Assembly (NCBI RefSeq): GCF_016432865.1
Contig: NC_067398.1
Coordinates: 721,246,001-721,310,000, forward strand
Direction of reading: 5' to 3'
Source: Antechinus flavipes
Taxonomy: Eukaryota
DNA length: 64,000 bases
Shown: positions 11,676 to 24,500 of the stretch, one piece after another
Numbering within the stretch: position 1 is the stretch's first letter
How the letters are laid out: each line of letters begins with the position of its first letter
Program-made: the position numbers and the translations under genes
The notes under the pieces: model-generated
What the model saw: the letters and a program-made list of their open reading frames with translations, nothing else
What the model was told of the DNA's origin: nothing
Database searches by the model: none

Positions 11676-13010
11676 CTTACTTCTCAAAGCAACTTGACTT
11701 GGTGATTTTGGGGTGACCCTCCTGCCTTAGAGCAGTGGCTGCCATGGCCCTTCTAATTGAGGAAGCCTCCAAGCTCATCCTAGATTAGCCATTGGAGGTT
11801 CTAACCCCGCCCCCCACAGGGTTCAGAGCATTTTGGAAGCCAGAGGTCATCAGACTCCCCTGCCAGGCACCCCGATTTGACTCTCTGGCTGTGTCCCAGT
11901 CTCAGTCCTGCCCCGCCCCGATCCCTGACAGCACTCAGTCGGGGGACATTGTTCCCAATCATGAAGAAGCTTAGATTCCATCTCCTCCTGACCACAGGAA
12001 CATTTCTCTCACAAACCAGTCGGGAACAGTCACTGATGGGTCTAGTTGTCTTGAAAATGGGGAAAAGAAGGCAGGTGACTCTGGTGAACCTCCATGGCAC
12101 CTTGGAGGCTAAGCCACCTCCTCCCCCAGAGACCTCTGCCCATAGGGCCGAGCTCCACCCTCAACAGAGCTTTAGAACTGGGAAAAGGAATGGGGGGCAT
12201 CTATACTAATGCCAAACCCATCTTGCAGGTCTTGCACGCTCACGGGGATTTCTGACAGCCAAACTTTCCCCATTAAGGATGCAGGGGAAATTCTACAATT
12301 ACTGCAAGGACCTAGAGAGCTTCCTGTTACCTCTTGTAAAGGACAATAGGAGGGGGATTCACTTCAGGCCAAGGGAAACGAGCTTGCAGATTCAGCCGCC
12401 TGTGCTCTGCCCGGGTGCCCCTGGCCCTGGCACCTTTAATTACCCAACTCCCAGATTCCTACACTGCCTCACAGGACTCCCAGGAAAAGGCCCTTGCTAA
12501 AGAAAGGGGTATATCCTTTCTCCTTCAGGGAGACCACTTCTAATCCCAGGAACAAGACAGTGGGAATTCCTCCTTGGTCTGCCCCATTTGGGAATTAGAA
12601 GCCCTCCAATCCCTGGGGAAACCTGTTTTCCCTGGTCACAAGCAGGTCTGTCAGGCTGGTGTCCGAGGAAATCCTGAAGGGGCTGTGAGCCCTCCCCCCC
12701 ATCCAGAGGCCCGGTCAGAGGAGGGGACATACCCAGGGGAGGACCGGCAGATGCTGGTTGCAGGGGCTTCAAACTGCTTTTGGGTTTCCTAATTGGGTAA
12801 AAGCCTTCCCTTGCAAGATTGAAAAGGCTCGGGAAGTATATCAAAGCTTTTACTAACGGAGATCACCCTTCATTCTGGCCGGCCCAGCTCTCCGCAGCGC
12901 GCCTTGGCCCAGCCTTCACTTCTCAAATAACCTAAGCTGAGGCTGAGGCATTAAGAGTTAGGATCATCCTCTCCACCCGGTGCTCAGTGCCTTTTAAACA
13001 TTACAGTACT
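11676..13010 (+). pseudogene. pol: ERV-A class I (gamma-like) pol remnant: RT connection, RNase H and integrase
   Basis: Frame-disrupted motifs AYFSKQLD..G*PSCLRAVAA.ALL.EEASKL (11676), TDGSS (12032), TSAHRAEL, IYTNAK, KGNELADSAA, PHLG, GTYPGEDRQM, GPAFTSQIT (12906). Confidence 0.88.
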
Positions 13011-13129
13011 TGCCCCCCAGACCACCTGAACACTCCCCTCACTGGGTATAACACCGCTGTTCCACCCACTGCTCCTGCCCCTGCCCCTTTGAGGAGACAA
13101 AGGTGGGGGTTTGCTGGAAATGTTCTTTG

Positions 13130-14427
13130 GTGTTTAAGGAAAGGTGCAGCAAAGTTAGTTCCCTGGGTTGGCTATTTAGAACATATCCTCTCCTCCCTGA
13201 CCACCACAATCCACCAACTGGCCAATGAAACTGCCCACTCTCTCTGAAATTTTCGCTCTCTTGCTAACTCTCCTGCAAACATGGTTTTACACATTGGCTT
13301 TGGACTGAATTCCTTTTTTATTTTCAAATTATATGTAAAGATAGTTTGCAAGTTCCCCCTTACAAAACCTTGTGTTCCAAATTTTCTCCTTCTCTTTCTC
13401 CCACCCCTTCCCCTACAGCAAGCCATCCAAAAATATGTGCAATTCTACTGTACGTACATAGTTCCACATTTACCACGCTACACAAGAAAAATCAGATCAA
13501 AAAGGAAAAAATGGAGAAAGGAAAAAAAGCAAGCAAACAGCAATAAAAATAGTGAAAATACTATATTGTGAACCACACTCAGTTCCCACAATCCTCTCTT
13601 GGGTGTAGATGGCTCTCTTCATCACTGAACAATTGGAACGGGTTTGAATCATCTCATTGTTGAAGAGGGCCACGGCCATCAGAATTGATCATTGTACAAT
13701 GTTGTTGTTGCCCTGCACAGTGATCTCCTGGTTCTGTTCTTTTCACTCAGCATCAGTTCCTGTCAGTCTCTCCGGGCCTCTCTAAAATCACCCTGCGGAT
13801 TGTTTCTTACAGAACAGTAATATTCCATGACATTCCTATACCAGAACTTATTCTCCAACATTCTCCAGCTGATGGGCATCCCCTCAGTCTCCAGTTTCTG
13901 GCCACTACAAACAGGGCTGCCATAAACATTTGTTCCCATGTGGGTCCCTCTCCCTCCTTTGAGATCTCTTTGGGAGATAAGCCCAGTAGAAACGCTGCTG
14001 GGCCCTTTGGCCCCAGTTCTCAGACGACATTCTCGCCTCCAGCAGCAGTGTCTGTGCTTTTGCTAACACTTCCTGCTGTGCGCACAACAGCTTAAGGAAT
14101 GTTGGGCTCCTAGATAAACTGGCTGAGTGTGACGTTCATCCCCCTTCGAGCCTTCCGTCTGCGGTCCGTATCCCTGGTAACCCCATCCTAACTCCGCTTT
14201 TGATCATTCTCTTTTTGCTCATTTTTGGCCCCTGCGTTTTGAATCTACTTGTGAGCTTTGTTTCTTTGAGACACAAAGCCATGAACTTCCAACTGCTCGC
14301 TCAACCTGGATACCACCTGCCACCTGATTCTGAGCCTCAGCACCCCTGGATGCTGCCGCCGCCATCTTCTATCTCCCCTCCTCCGTTCGGACCCACAGGG
14401 GAGGGCCAGCTCTACACCCCTCATTAG
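13130..14427 (+). pseudogene. env: ERV-A env TM remnant, split by an L1 insertion
   Basis: LVPWVGYLEHILSSLTTTIHQLANETAHSL heptad, MVL..ALD (13281-13305) | L1 | ILASSSSV-CAFANTSCC (CX6CC, 14053-14079), then LFLLIFGPCVLNLLVSFVS membrane anchor. Confidence 0.85.
13312..14025 (-). mobile_element. 5'-truncated L1 (ORF2 C-terminus plus 3' UTR)
   Basis: Similar to the L1 3' fragments at 40130-40905 and (reverse complement) 30100-30705. Confidence 0.8.
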
Positions 14428-14534
14428 CCTGAAGCAGCTTCAGAAGACGTAAACTTTGTCCCTTTGACTCGAACGAATTTGAGTGCCAATTGCTTGAGGT
14501 GGGAGGGACGAGAGGGTGCAATTTTTAGGAGAGA

Positions 14535-14909
14535 TGTAGCGATAACCCTACATTTTGGGAGTGCTTGGGGAGTGCTATACTTGTACAAACATTGCTGGCT
14601 CTCAGATAACGATCTGCTGGTCAGATAACAAAGTTTCTGAGACAATAATGAGGTACATTGTATACTATCCTCAAATCTCCCTGTGAGCCATAAAATCAGC
14701 TTACCATGACATGAAGCCCGTGGCCTCTAGCTTTTTCCTATAAATTTATCTTCTTGCTCCTGGTTCTTTGCTAAATTCTTTTGGAACATAGTCAGCTGTA
14801 ATTAGCATTACAATTACAATAAACTTTGGAAACAATCCGAGTCTGCAAATTCTTTTGAAATACTGGTCTGGAAACCTAACCTTTTGGGAGTATCCTTTGA
14901 ATCCCAACA
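14535..14909 (+). mobile_element. ERV-A right LTR
   Basis: TGTAGC...CCCAACA, preceded by a purine-rich tract, homologous to 8751-9109. Confidence 0.8.
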
Positions 14910-14979
14910 CAAGGAGCTACATGCTTCTATTTCACTACTAGAGTCAATAGGCAATAAACAGTCGCTTGAAATTATTTAT

Positions 14980-15890
14980 TTATTTAAGACTTAAGCACAT
15001 AATAGAAAAAAGAAGAAAAAACCCAATAAATTTCCATTTCAAGAAAGCATATATAATAAATACTACAAGTTGTATTCAGAACTGTCCACCTTTTCTTTAC
15101 TTCCTTGTAGGTTTTCTTTTGTTTTCTGCTGTGCACTTTTTACTTTATTCTTTTTCTCCCTTTTCTCCCCTCACCTCCCTCAAGAAGGCTACAATTAAAC
15201 CTCGGGTTTAATACTCAGGTTCAGGTAGATCAGAATTCAAATCCAGCCCAAGACATTCACCAATTTGCAACTCTGGGCAAGTCAATCACATACATATATA
15301 GACATACATATATAGAGATGTCTAGAATCATACGTGATGCATTTAGGGTAGCAATTTCTAGACAAATGATGCGTTTAGGGTTCAGCCCCAAATGAAAAAA
15401 TTGTTGTAGGCACCAAATGTTGGGGTTAGATTTAATTTTATCTGATTACCATCACTGCTCTTTTTTCTAATAATTTCTGTTCTAAATCAATTCTAATAAA
15501 TAATAAATAAATTCAAAATTCTATTCCCGATCGTTATTATTGTGTGTATCTCTTATGTCCTATCCCTGCTTATTCCTCTGCTTTACTTCTTCCAGCTACC
15601 TTACTTTGCTGTGACTCAACAATCTTCCTTGACAAGGATTTCTCCCTTGTCCTCTCCCTCCACCCTTTCCCTCCCTCTTTGTCCCATTCCCATTAATTTA
15701 CACACCCTTCTATTAACATTCCCCATCCTATTCCCCCCCTTATTTCTTTATAAATTTAGAAGACTTTATGTGTATGTGTATGTGTATATGTGTGTGTGTG
15801 TTCCCTCTTTATTCCATTCCCAATGAGAATAGGGTTCCTAGAACTACCAGTCATCCTCCTCCCATATAATTCCTCTCTATCAGTTCTTTC
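14980..15890 (-). mobile_element. 3' fragment of the HAL1-like family
   Basis: Shares ...CATTTCAAGAAAG..TA.ATAAT...TTCTTTTGTT[T]TCTGCTG.GCAC with 37340-37480 and with the reverse complement of 28900-28990. Confidence 0.55.
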
Positions 15891-15899
15891 TCCGGAAAG

Positions 15900-15900
<1 letters not shown>

Positions 15901-15950
<50 letters not shown>
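15901..15950. repeat. (AC)25 microsatellite; also (TG)n at 26204-26250
   Basis: Directly visible. Confidence 0.98.
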
Positions 15951-15952
<2 letters not shown>

Positions 15953-16652
15953 TTCAATGAATTTCCAGATTTTTAGGATTTTGTTGCCAAAAATATAATC
16001 TGAACTTAATGTTCTTTATGTGTGTAGGATTATCCAACTTTGCTGGGTATGATAATTTTGGCCACAAGCCCCAATTCTTTGATTCTTTAATAGGTAGTGT
16101 TCTAAGACCTATGGTTCAATAAACATTTATTAAACATCTACTGTGTGCCAGATATTGTGCTAAGATCTGGGGATACAAAGAAAGCCATAAAACAGTCCCT
16201 GCCCTCAAGGAGCTTACAATCTAGGGAGGCAATATATGAAAAAATCTAAAAAGAGTAAAGGGGCATGATGAAGGCATGAGACCAGGCTGGGAAATGCTGG
16301 GGAGAATTTCCTGGGTGCTCTCTGCAAATGGTGGAGGATTTGGGGGTTCTCCTCTTCAGTTAGATAGAGGGAGGGGCTACCAGGCACACAATGGATAGCA
16401 TGCTATCCTCAGATTCAGGTAGATCAGAATCAAATCCAGCCTAAGACATTCACTAACTGTGCAACCCAGGGCAAGTCAATTAACACTTGCCTGCCTCCAT
16501 TTCCTCATTTGTAAAATAGAAATAGTAGTAGTGCTAACTTCCCAAGGTTGCTGTGAGAATCAAATTAGAGGATGTTTTTAAAGCTCATTGCAAGCCTTAA
16601 AGTACTATATAAATGAGAGCCGGCTATCATTACTAATATTACAACAGCATTG

Positions 16653-19600
16653 TGTATGGAATAGAGAGAGATGAGGTGAAGAACTTACAGGAATATATGA
16701 ACTCTTTTTCTGTATTTTATTTTCATTATTTCTGTGTTTTTTCTATGATCTGTATAATATGTGCAGGCTCATATTGACTTGAGCCTTGGCCAGTTAGAAA
16801 CACATTTACTTAACCTGAGCTGATGACATTTATCAATATTTGACATTTATCGATATTTCGTCTATTAGCTGGACCATTATCTGCTTGATGGAGCCTGAAA
16901 GCCTGATTTTCTGTTTCCTAGAAATCAGGAGATTTCTTCCAGAAATCTTCCATTCCAATCTCTCCAAATAGCAATAATCAATTAAATGCCTCCCCCTCAC
17001 CTTCTCAATGCTCTCTTACTTGTGATGTAATCTCTTGTATAAAAGCTATGTATCTTTACGACTTCTTTAACCCTTCTACCACGAGCTTTCTCTTCCTTAT
17101 CTTGTAATGGGACAGCTCATCCTCCAGAGGTTTTCAATAAACAACTTTTCTGCTTTTGACTGAATGATCTCTGAGTAGTAATTTTGGGTAAGGGTCTTCT
17201 ACATCCCTCACAGTTGGGGGCTCGTCTGGAATGGAGTCTTTGGGGGAGATAGCTATGTGCACCCTGAACAGGGACAGGCGCCCGTGGAGTAGTTTTTTTC
17301 ATGGTCTCTGGCTCTTGGTAAGCAGCCTCCTTCCCCTCTTAGACAACAACCCGAGGCAGGGATACTCAGTGGAAAGCAGAGTTGAAGACTGAGGGAAGTA
17401 GAGTCCTAATGGCTGGCATTTGCAGCCTGAAAGATATGTACACGTGTAAACTCAAGGTAACGCTCTTGGGGGTCTGGAGTTCCATTGGCTGGGTCGAGGG
17501 AGACCCCGAGGGATTAGCCCTCCTAAATTTGTTTTTGGTGTGGACTGCTGTCGACCCCAATGATAAAGGATCTTCCTGAGAAAGCTCTCCAGTGGCTGTA
17601 GGGGGGCATGAGGGTAATGAAGGGCCTCACACCAAACACCTGGACTGGGTCCAAGGTGGTAAAATGGGATAGAAGTAGTCTAAGAATTTGTATTAGGATG
17701 TTAGCTAGGGAATTCAACAGTGGGATGAACTTCCCAGATATAAAGGGGAAGAAAACTGGGAGGATGTATATCCCAGGACTATTTGGGTATATCAGGCTTA
17801 AATCTATATGTAAATGGTGAAAATAGAGTTTTGCGTGTGTGTATGTCTGCTTTGCATTTTGTTCTGTGTTAAAAATTAGCAAGCTCGTAAGAGAGAAGAA
17901 TTCAGCCTCTGTGTTGCAGAGAAACATATCAGAAAAATATCAGGCTGAATTGTGGGAATTGGAATTCATTCAGAGTGGTAATTCTTTCAGAGTGACTCAG
18001 AATGTAATTTGGGAACTAGTTTTGGGCTTCTCTAGAAAAGAAATTTTTTTTTCTCTTTCTCTCCCTCTGTCTCTGGCAGAGGCTTTGCAGGAAGGGGGAG
18101 AGAAGAGGAAAAATAAAAATGTAGATTAAAAGTTTGGAAAGTTTTGAGAAAATAGAAGAACAGGGGCTGTCACTCCTGTAAACAAGGAGCCTGTTATCAG
18201 AACTCAGCCAGAGAAAAAAATTTTCAAGGTAAAGCAAGGATTGGTGCTTAACTCTTTCCTGGCTTATTAAAGAAAAGAAATTTGAATGGAATATCTAGGT
18301 AGATTTTAGGAAATTTCACAAACTAAAGTACTGGTTAATTTTAAGATAACTTTAAATTGGTATGTGTGTTAAGATTGGAAACAAGAACCTGCAGATATTG
18401 GAAGGGAGGAATAAAAAAGAGGAAGAGGGGTAAATGGCTGAACACAAGGGCTCTCTGACCTGTTGGATCTGTGGGAAAACTAGGCATACTTCTTTAAAAA
18501 GTTCTTTTTCCAGGAGAAGAAAGAAAAAAATCATCATTAGCAAGTTTGCTTTCATGGAATTAGAGAACAGAAAGTTTAAGAAGGCTAAACTGGGTAATTG
18601 TTTGTCTGCAACATTTGATTAAAAGTTTTGGGAACTTATTATATTTTAAAGAGGTACTATAATTTTGAAATTGAAATAATATTGAAATAGTTTTACTGTT
18701 GCCTTGCACATGTTAGATTTATTAAGAAGATAAAATCTTAAGAATTGTTTGAATATCGTGGCCTTTACAACTGAAGAGAAAAACTTTTCTTTTTTTTTAT
18801 TATTTGGTTGGACTTCAAATTGAAATATAGCTTATTAAACAAAATGCCAGTAGCTTACCTTGGGGGTCGTGTTGTGTTAAGTATCTTCCTACTTAAATGG
18901 TATGTTGCTTTTTTAAAGTATTAGGTAATTTGTAAATTATAGTATGAGTTTTATGAAATTTGGTTCAAAATTAATTGTAAATCTTGAAGTTTAACGTTTT
19001 AAAAAAGGTGATTTAAAGACAAAGGAAAAGAGAGATCGATTTACAAAAGTAATTAATAGTTTAAATGGAGCATCTAGTCAGAAGGGTTACAGAGAGATGG
19101 GACAGGAGGATGAAGGTGATTTAAGAAGGATTGATTAGTAGGAGCAAATGATTTCAAGAAGAAATCAGTGGGAAAAAGAAGGAACTGGTTGGAAAGGGTA
19201 GTTAGAGAACTGGCTGTGAGATGGGGTCTGTTTTTGGAGAGGGGGAGAGCAGCAGAGCAGCAATGGAAAGCTGCAGCCACTTTTGGCTGAAGAAAGCAAA
19301 CGGTGATTTAAAAAAACAGGCTGCTCTTGCAAGATGTTAATTGATTGAATATTTGTTTCTTTAGATACATAATGGTTATGAATATTAAAGAATATGATCA
19401 GAAGTGTGGTATATAATTTGAAAGGGTTATTTCAAAAAGTTTAATCAATGTTTTCAAGAACTTTTCAGATTCTTTTTATGTGAAAAATAGGAATTTTTAA
19501 TTAACTGAATTAATGCCAATTACCTGAAAGGGACTCCAAGAATAATAGTTTTTGCCTTCTTCCTTTTGAAAATATTTTTGTTGTGAACAATATGTAGTTT

Positions 19601-22600
19601 GGGATTTTTCTGCGTATTGGGTATTTTAAAAGCAAAATGATTGGTATAATATTCAACTTATTCAAGATTCAGCATCTACTTGGGTATGTAAGAATTGTAT
19701 GAATTTTCTGGGGGTAAATTTCTTGCTGTTACTGATATAAGGTCATGGTAAATAACTATTTGGAATTTATCTGGAACTTTGGAGATAAAATTCTTTGGGT
19801 TTATAGTTAAAAACTATTTGGGAGTTTTAAAGCTCCACTCGCTGATGTGCTGAAGATGGAATTTTAACTGCTTATATTTTGTTATAGTCTTATCCCTGCA
19901 TTTTTTCCTCCTGTGACTGATTTCTATGATCAGAGCAATCGTCAATAAGAGCCATTACTGCGATTCAATTATGTCATACCTTGCTGTTTCCAATCTGGTT
20001 CTATGTAATCATTATATCTTAAATACTCAGGCAAATGAGTATTTTCCCTGGTCATCTGTCTATTACTGCATATTTGTGTCTGTGGATATTCAGGTTTTTA
20101 AAAATGTTTCTAAATAATGAGAGCACAATTAGCACAGTGGTCTGTGAAACCTAACTGCTATTTATTGGGACTATAGCCATCTGCCTGTCCTGTAAAGCAA
20201 CTAATTCCTTCACAAAGGGACTCCTGGCCAATCCATACTGGCCTCCCCACATGTTGTAGCAATCCCAGACTGTTCTAATCTTTATCTGTTAGATTTGGTC
20301 TTTTTTTTTTGTTCCAGATTTTGGTCACGTTACAGCTATGTTGACCTGTTTTGGGACCTGGATCAGCTCATTGATCATTGTCAGTACAACATATCCATCT
20401 CCCTGCTTGGACTGAGAGCCAGTTCCCTCCCCCTTATCAGCATGAAGCAGTTTTGGAATGAGAGACTGTTGCCCATGCTCCTGATGTAATTTGGACTGAT
20501 ATGGGGGACTTGGGAATGGTTGATGAATGACTGTTAAACCCTGACTCGGTCATCTATTACTGTGTGTTTAAGATTTAGGATGGATTTTTTTTTAAAATAA
20601 CTTTTTATTGACAGAACCCATGCCAAGGTAATTTTTTACAGCATTATCCCTTGCACTCACTTCTGTTCCGATTTTTCCCCTCCCTCCCTCCACCCCCTCC
20701 CCCAGATGGCAAGCAGTCCTTTACATGTTGAATAGGTTAAGTATAGGATGGAAATTGTTAAAATTGGTAACTGTTGCTGTTAAGGAAGTTATAATGTGTT
20801 TATAATATCTATGTTCACGTCAGAATATGTAATTGAGAGATTTTATTATTATTATTATTTTTTAGGAAACTCCTGCTGTACTAGTTTGTTATATATAGGA
20901 ACTTTAATTCACTCTTGGGATTTATATGTGGGATAGTTATTTGACTATTTATTTGGGGGGGGGGATGATTCCTTTCCATGAAGAAAAAAAGGAGAGGAAG
21001 AGATAGGGAACTAGGGAATCTGGTGGATTTTTCTCAAAATATCTAAAAGAGTGGGAACCCTTAGTTTTCTGCTCACTTTGCCTTAGATACTTCTGTCCCA
21101 CCCCCTATCTCACCAGTTCAGATTGAATTGGAAGTCCTTAAGCAGTTCTTTTTGTTTTTACTGTTTTAGCTTTAAAACCCCTTATTCTGTGGAATTGCCC
21201 TGGCAGACTCAGTTTTTGGAACTATTTTGTTTTTAGGAAATCTCCAAGATATATACACCTGTCTTGGGACTGGCAGTCTCCAGCCCTGTAACCCCAGTTT
21301 CTTAATTGGTATCTCAGCATTTTCTATAACATTGCCCTTTTGAGTTCAAGCCTCTAAAGTTGGGGGTTTGCCTGCCTTGATGGTCTAACTCTGCATGCTC
21401 TGATAGCTCTGCTCAGAAATCTGTATTCTAGTAGCAGCCCTGTCTGTTCCTCTGGGTGGGGACAGGCGGAGCTGCTCCATGCCTCACCCTTCTCCCCTGG
21501 AGTGGGGTGCCCCTCTGAATGGGCAGCATGACTGTCTTGAGCCCTGCTACTCCCTATAGAAGCAGAAGCTGAGTTAAGTGCACAAATGACTGAAGACCAC
21601 CTAACACAGTGAACTATCCATCTCAAACTGGATTCTCTGGCTGAGATGAGGGCCTTTGTACTGCTGATAACTCTGGGGTTGTCAGGAAGAGACTTGCTCT
21701 TGCCCTAAGTCCTTGCATTTTCTAGTTTCATTTTGATTTATTTTCTTCACATTGGGTTGGTCAAAATTATAGTGCTGAGATCTCTCAGGTATCCAGGGGG
21801 AGGTAATTCAATATTCAAAAGTTGTCGTGCCTCAGTTTCCCTAGATTGTCATCTTTGTATTTTTATGTCTGCCAGATGCCAAATGCCAATCTGCTCTGTG
21901 ATAACTGTTTCTAAGATAGTTGGTGGAAGCAATTGCAATCAGTGGTATTATCCTGTTGCCACTATGTCTACCCTGTATAATTACATTAGTAACCAGAATA
22001 GTTCCACAGTCCCTATCAAAATATTGCATGCAGAAGATGCTAGTAAAATGGTGATTCTTCAGAGAAAAAGCTGGAATGTATTAAAGAGGGATGACCTTGA
22101 TGGTGAACTTGATAAACAAAGTATAGATATGTTAACTGATTTTGAACAGTATGTAAGTTCTTCATAGAAATATGATAAAAATCATTTACATTTTACAAGG
22201 GGGAATTGTGGGGAATAGAGAGAGATAAGGTGAAGAACTTACAGAGATTATGAATTCTTTTTCTGTATTTTATTTTCATCATTTCTGTGTTTCTCCTATG
22301 ACTTGTATAATATGTGCAGGCCCGTATTTACTTGAGCCTTGGCCAGCTATAAACACATTTACTTAACTTGAGCTGATGACATTTATCAATATTTGATATT
22401 TATCGATATTTAGTCTATTAGTTGGACCACTATCTGCTTGATTAAGCCTAAAGACTTGATTTTCTGTTTCTTAGAAATCAGGAGATTTTGGGGAAACAGA
22501 AACCTCCCATTCCAATCTCCCCAAATAGCAACAACCAATTAGTTGCCTCCCCCTCCCCTTTTCAATGCTCTCTTACTTATGATGTAATCTCTTTTATAAA

Positions 22601-22769
22601 AGCTGTGCATCTTTACTACTTCTTTAGTCCTCCTACCATGATCTTTCTCTCTCTTATCTTGTGATGGGACGGCTCATCCTCCAGAGGTTTTCAATAAACA
22701 ACTTTTCTGTCTTCTACTGAGTGATTTCTGTGTAATCATTTTGGGTAAGGGTCTTCTACATCCCTCACA
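16653..22769 (+). mobile_element. ERV-B: complete LTR-internal-LTR element (6117 bp), apparently non-autonomous
   Basis: LTRs 16653-17212 and 22207-22769 (about 88-90% identical by eye), ATTG target-site duplication (16649-16652 / 22770-22773), PBS-Pro TGGGGGCTCGTCTGGAAT at 17215-17232, PPT AAGGGGGAA at 22197-22205; no gag/pol/env motifs recognised. Confidence 0.93.
20585..20740 (-). mobile_element. Short L1 3' tail inserted into the ERV-B internal region
   Basis: Reverse complement closely matches 60550-60690. Confidence 0.8.
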
Positions 22770-23759
22770 ATTGTTATTGTTACTATTATGGGTAAACTAC
22801 CCAATGGTATGGGGTATGGGGATACACATATAGCTACAATCCAAGAAACTTGTTTGCTTTTTTTGTTCGTTTCATTCTCGGTACTTGAATCTCCAGAGCC
22901 TGGCACATAGTAGGCACTTAATGAATACTTTTTATTCATCGATGGACCATTTTGCAGCAGAGAGGCAGGGTTAGGGCATTGTACTGAGGTGGATAAAGCA
23001 GAATAAGCTCTTTTACCAAGAGCCCCTTTTTATCCCATTTATGGGCAAGCATAAGCTAATTCAGAAGACGGATTGGGAGAATTCTCTTTAGAAGTCACAT
23101 TCCCTGATCATCGCCCTGTTTCTGTTACAGACAAGATCTAGTTTAACAATCAGACTTTTCCATACTGGGGAGCTGATTCTGGAGAGCCCAGGCTTTGCAT
23201 TTGGCTATATCCTCTTGCATTTTAAGAGATTTGAGCCATTCCTTGAGCAGGTGCTTAACATGGTTGCTATATTTTGAGTTATTTGAAATTTAGTAATTTC
23301 AAATTTAGTAAATTTAGTAAACATGCTGTCTAAAACCTTGTCCAAATCACTGATAAAAAATGTTTAACAGTAAAATACTGAACATAGATCCCTGGGGTCC
23401 TCACCTAGAGGCAGCTGAAGGTGGAGTCAGGGAGAACTGAGTTCAAATCGGACATCTTGGGCAAGTCAATTCCCTCTCTGCCTGCCTCAATTTCTTAAAT
23501 GGGGATAATGATAGAACCAACCCCACAGAGGACCAAATGAGATAATATTACTAAAAATACCTAACACAATGCAAGCACTAGTACATAGTAGATGCTTAAT
23601 AAATGCTTGTTTCTTACTTTCCTAAAAATTTTCCTCCACAATGATACTAAGCCATTAATAACTAGTCTTTCAGTCCCGACATTCAACAAGTTCCTACTGC
23701 ATCTAATTGTACTATGATCTGATGAGTCCAAGGCAGCAGTATCCAGTTAAAAATAAACG

Positions 23760-24500
23760 TGTGACAAATTCACAATAGCCATTCTCTTGGCCAAAAGGAA
23801 GATTTATTTAGGAGAAGAGTTTCCAGATAAAAATAAAAGGTAAAATAAACACCAGGAATGGCCAGTGCTCTAGAGTTGGGAGACCTTATGGTTAGCAAGG
23901 AAAAAAGACCAATTCCTCTGGGGGATTTTCAATTAACCAGGAGAAAAGAAGTTCTTCCTGAGGTAGGAAAAAGCCATTGTCTGGTGACCAGCATTAGCTA
24001 ATGGAAGGAGAAAGACACAAGGGAAAGACTATGAGGGAGATAGACAGTACTCATAGAGGACTTAGTCCTGGGAAGAACTTAGCATAGATCTTCATCCTTT
24101 ATAGGGGAAATACAGCCTTGGGGAGGGCCAGAGATGGGAAATCAAGAGGGAAGGTCAGAGAACTAGATGGAACGCACCCGGCAAACCAGGCCCCGGACCC
24201 GTCACCTGCAAACCAGGTCCCGGACCCGTCTCAAAGAGATGAGGGAGCCTGGGAAAACTAACTTCCTTTTATATGAATTACAGTTGATATTTATAGTTGT
24301 CTTAACTTAGGGGAACAAGGCAGACTCCTTAGGGAGAGGTAAGTCCCATCAAGGGTTATTGTGAATGACTTCAAAGATACTAACTGGATTGGAGGCCCAC
24401 GGAAGAATTAACAAGGGACCCGGCCTTCCTCCAGACAGGGAGATGATCGGCAGCATTGTCTATTCTGACCCGGGTCTTCTCTCCTCTTATCTCTTTAAGT
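23760..24500 (-). mobile_element. Possible solo LTR (boundaries uncertain) containing a 27-bp tandem duplication at 24181-24232
   Basis: TGTGAC start, TTTATTT (reverse AATAAA) about 45 nt in, LTR-like composition; no TSD identified. Confidence 0.35.
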
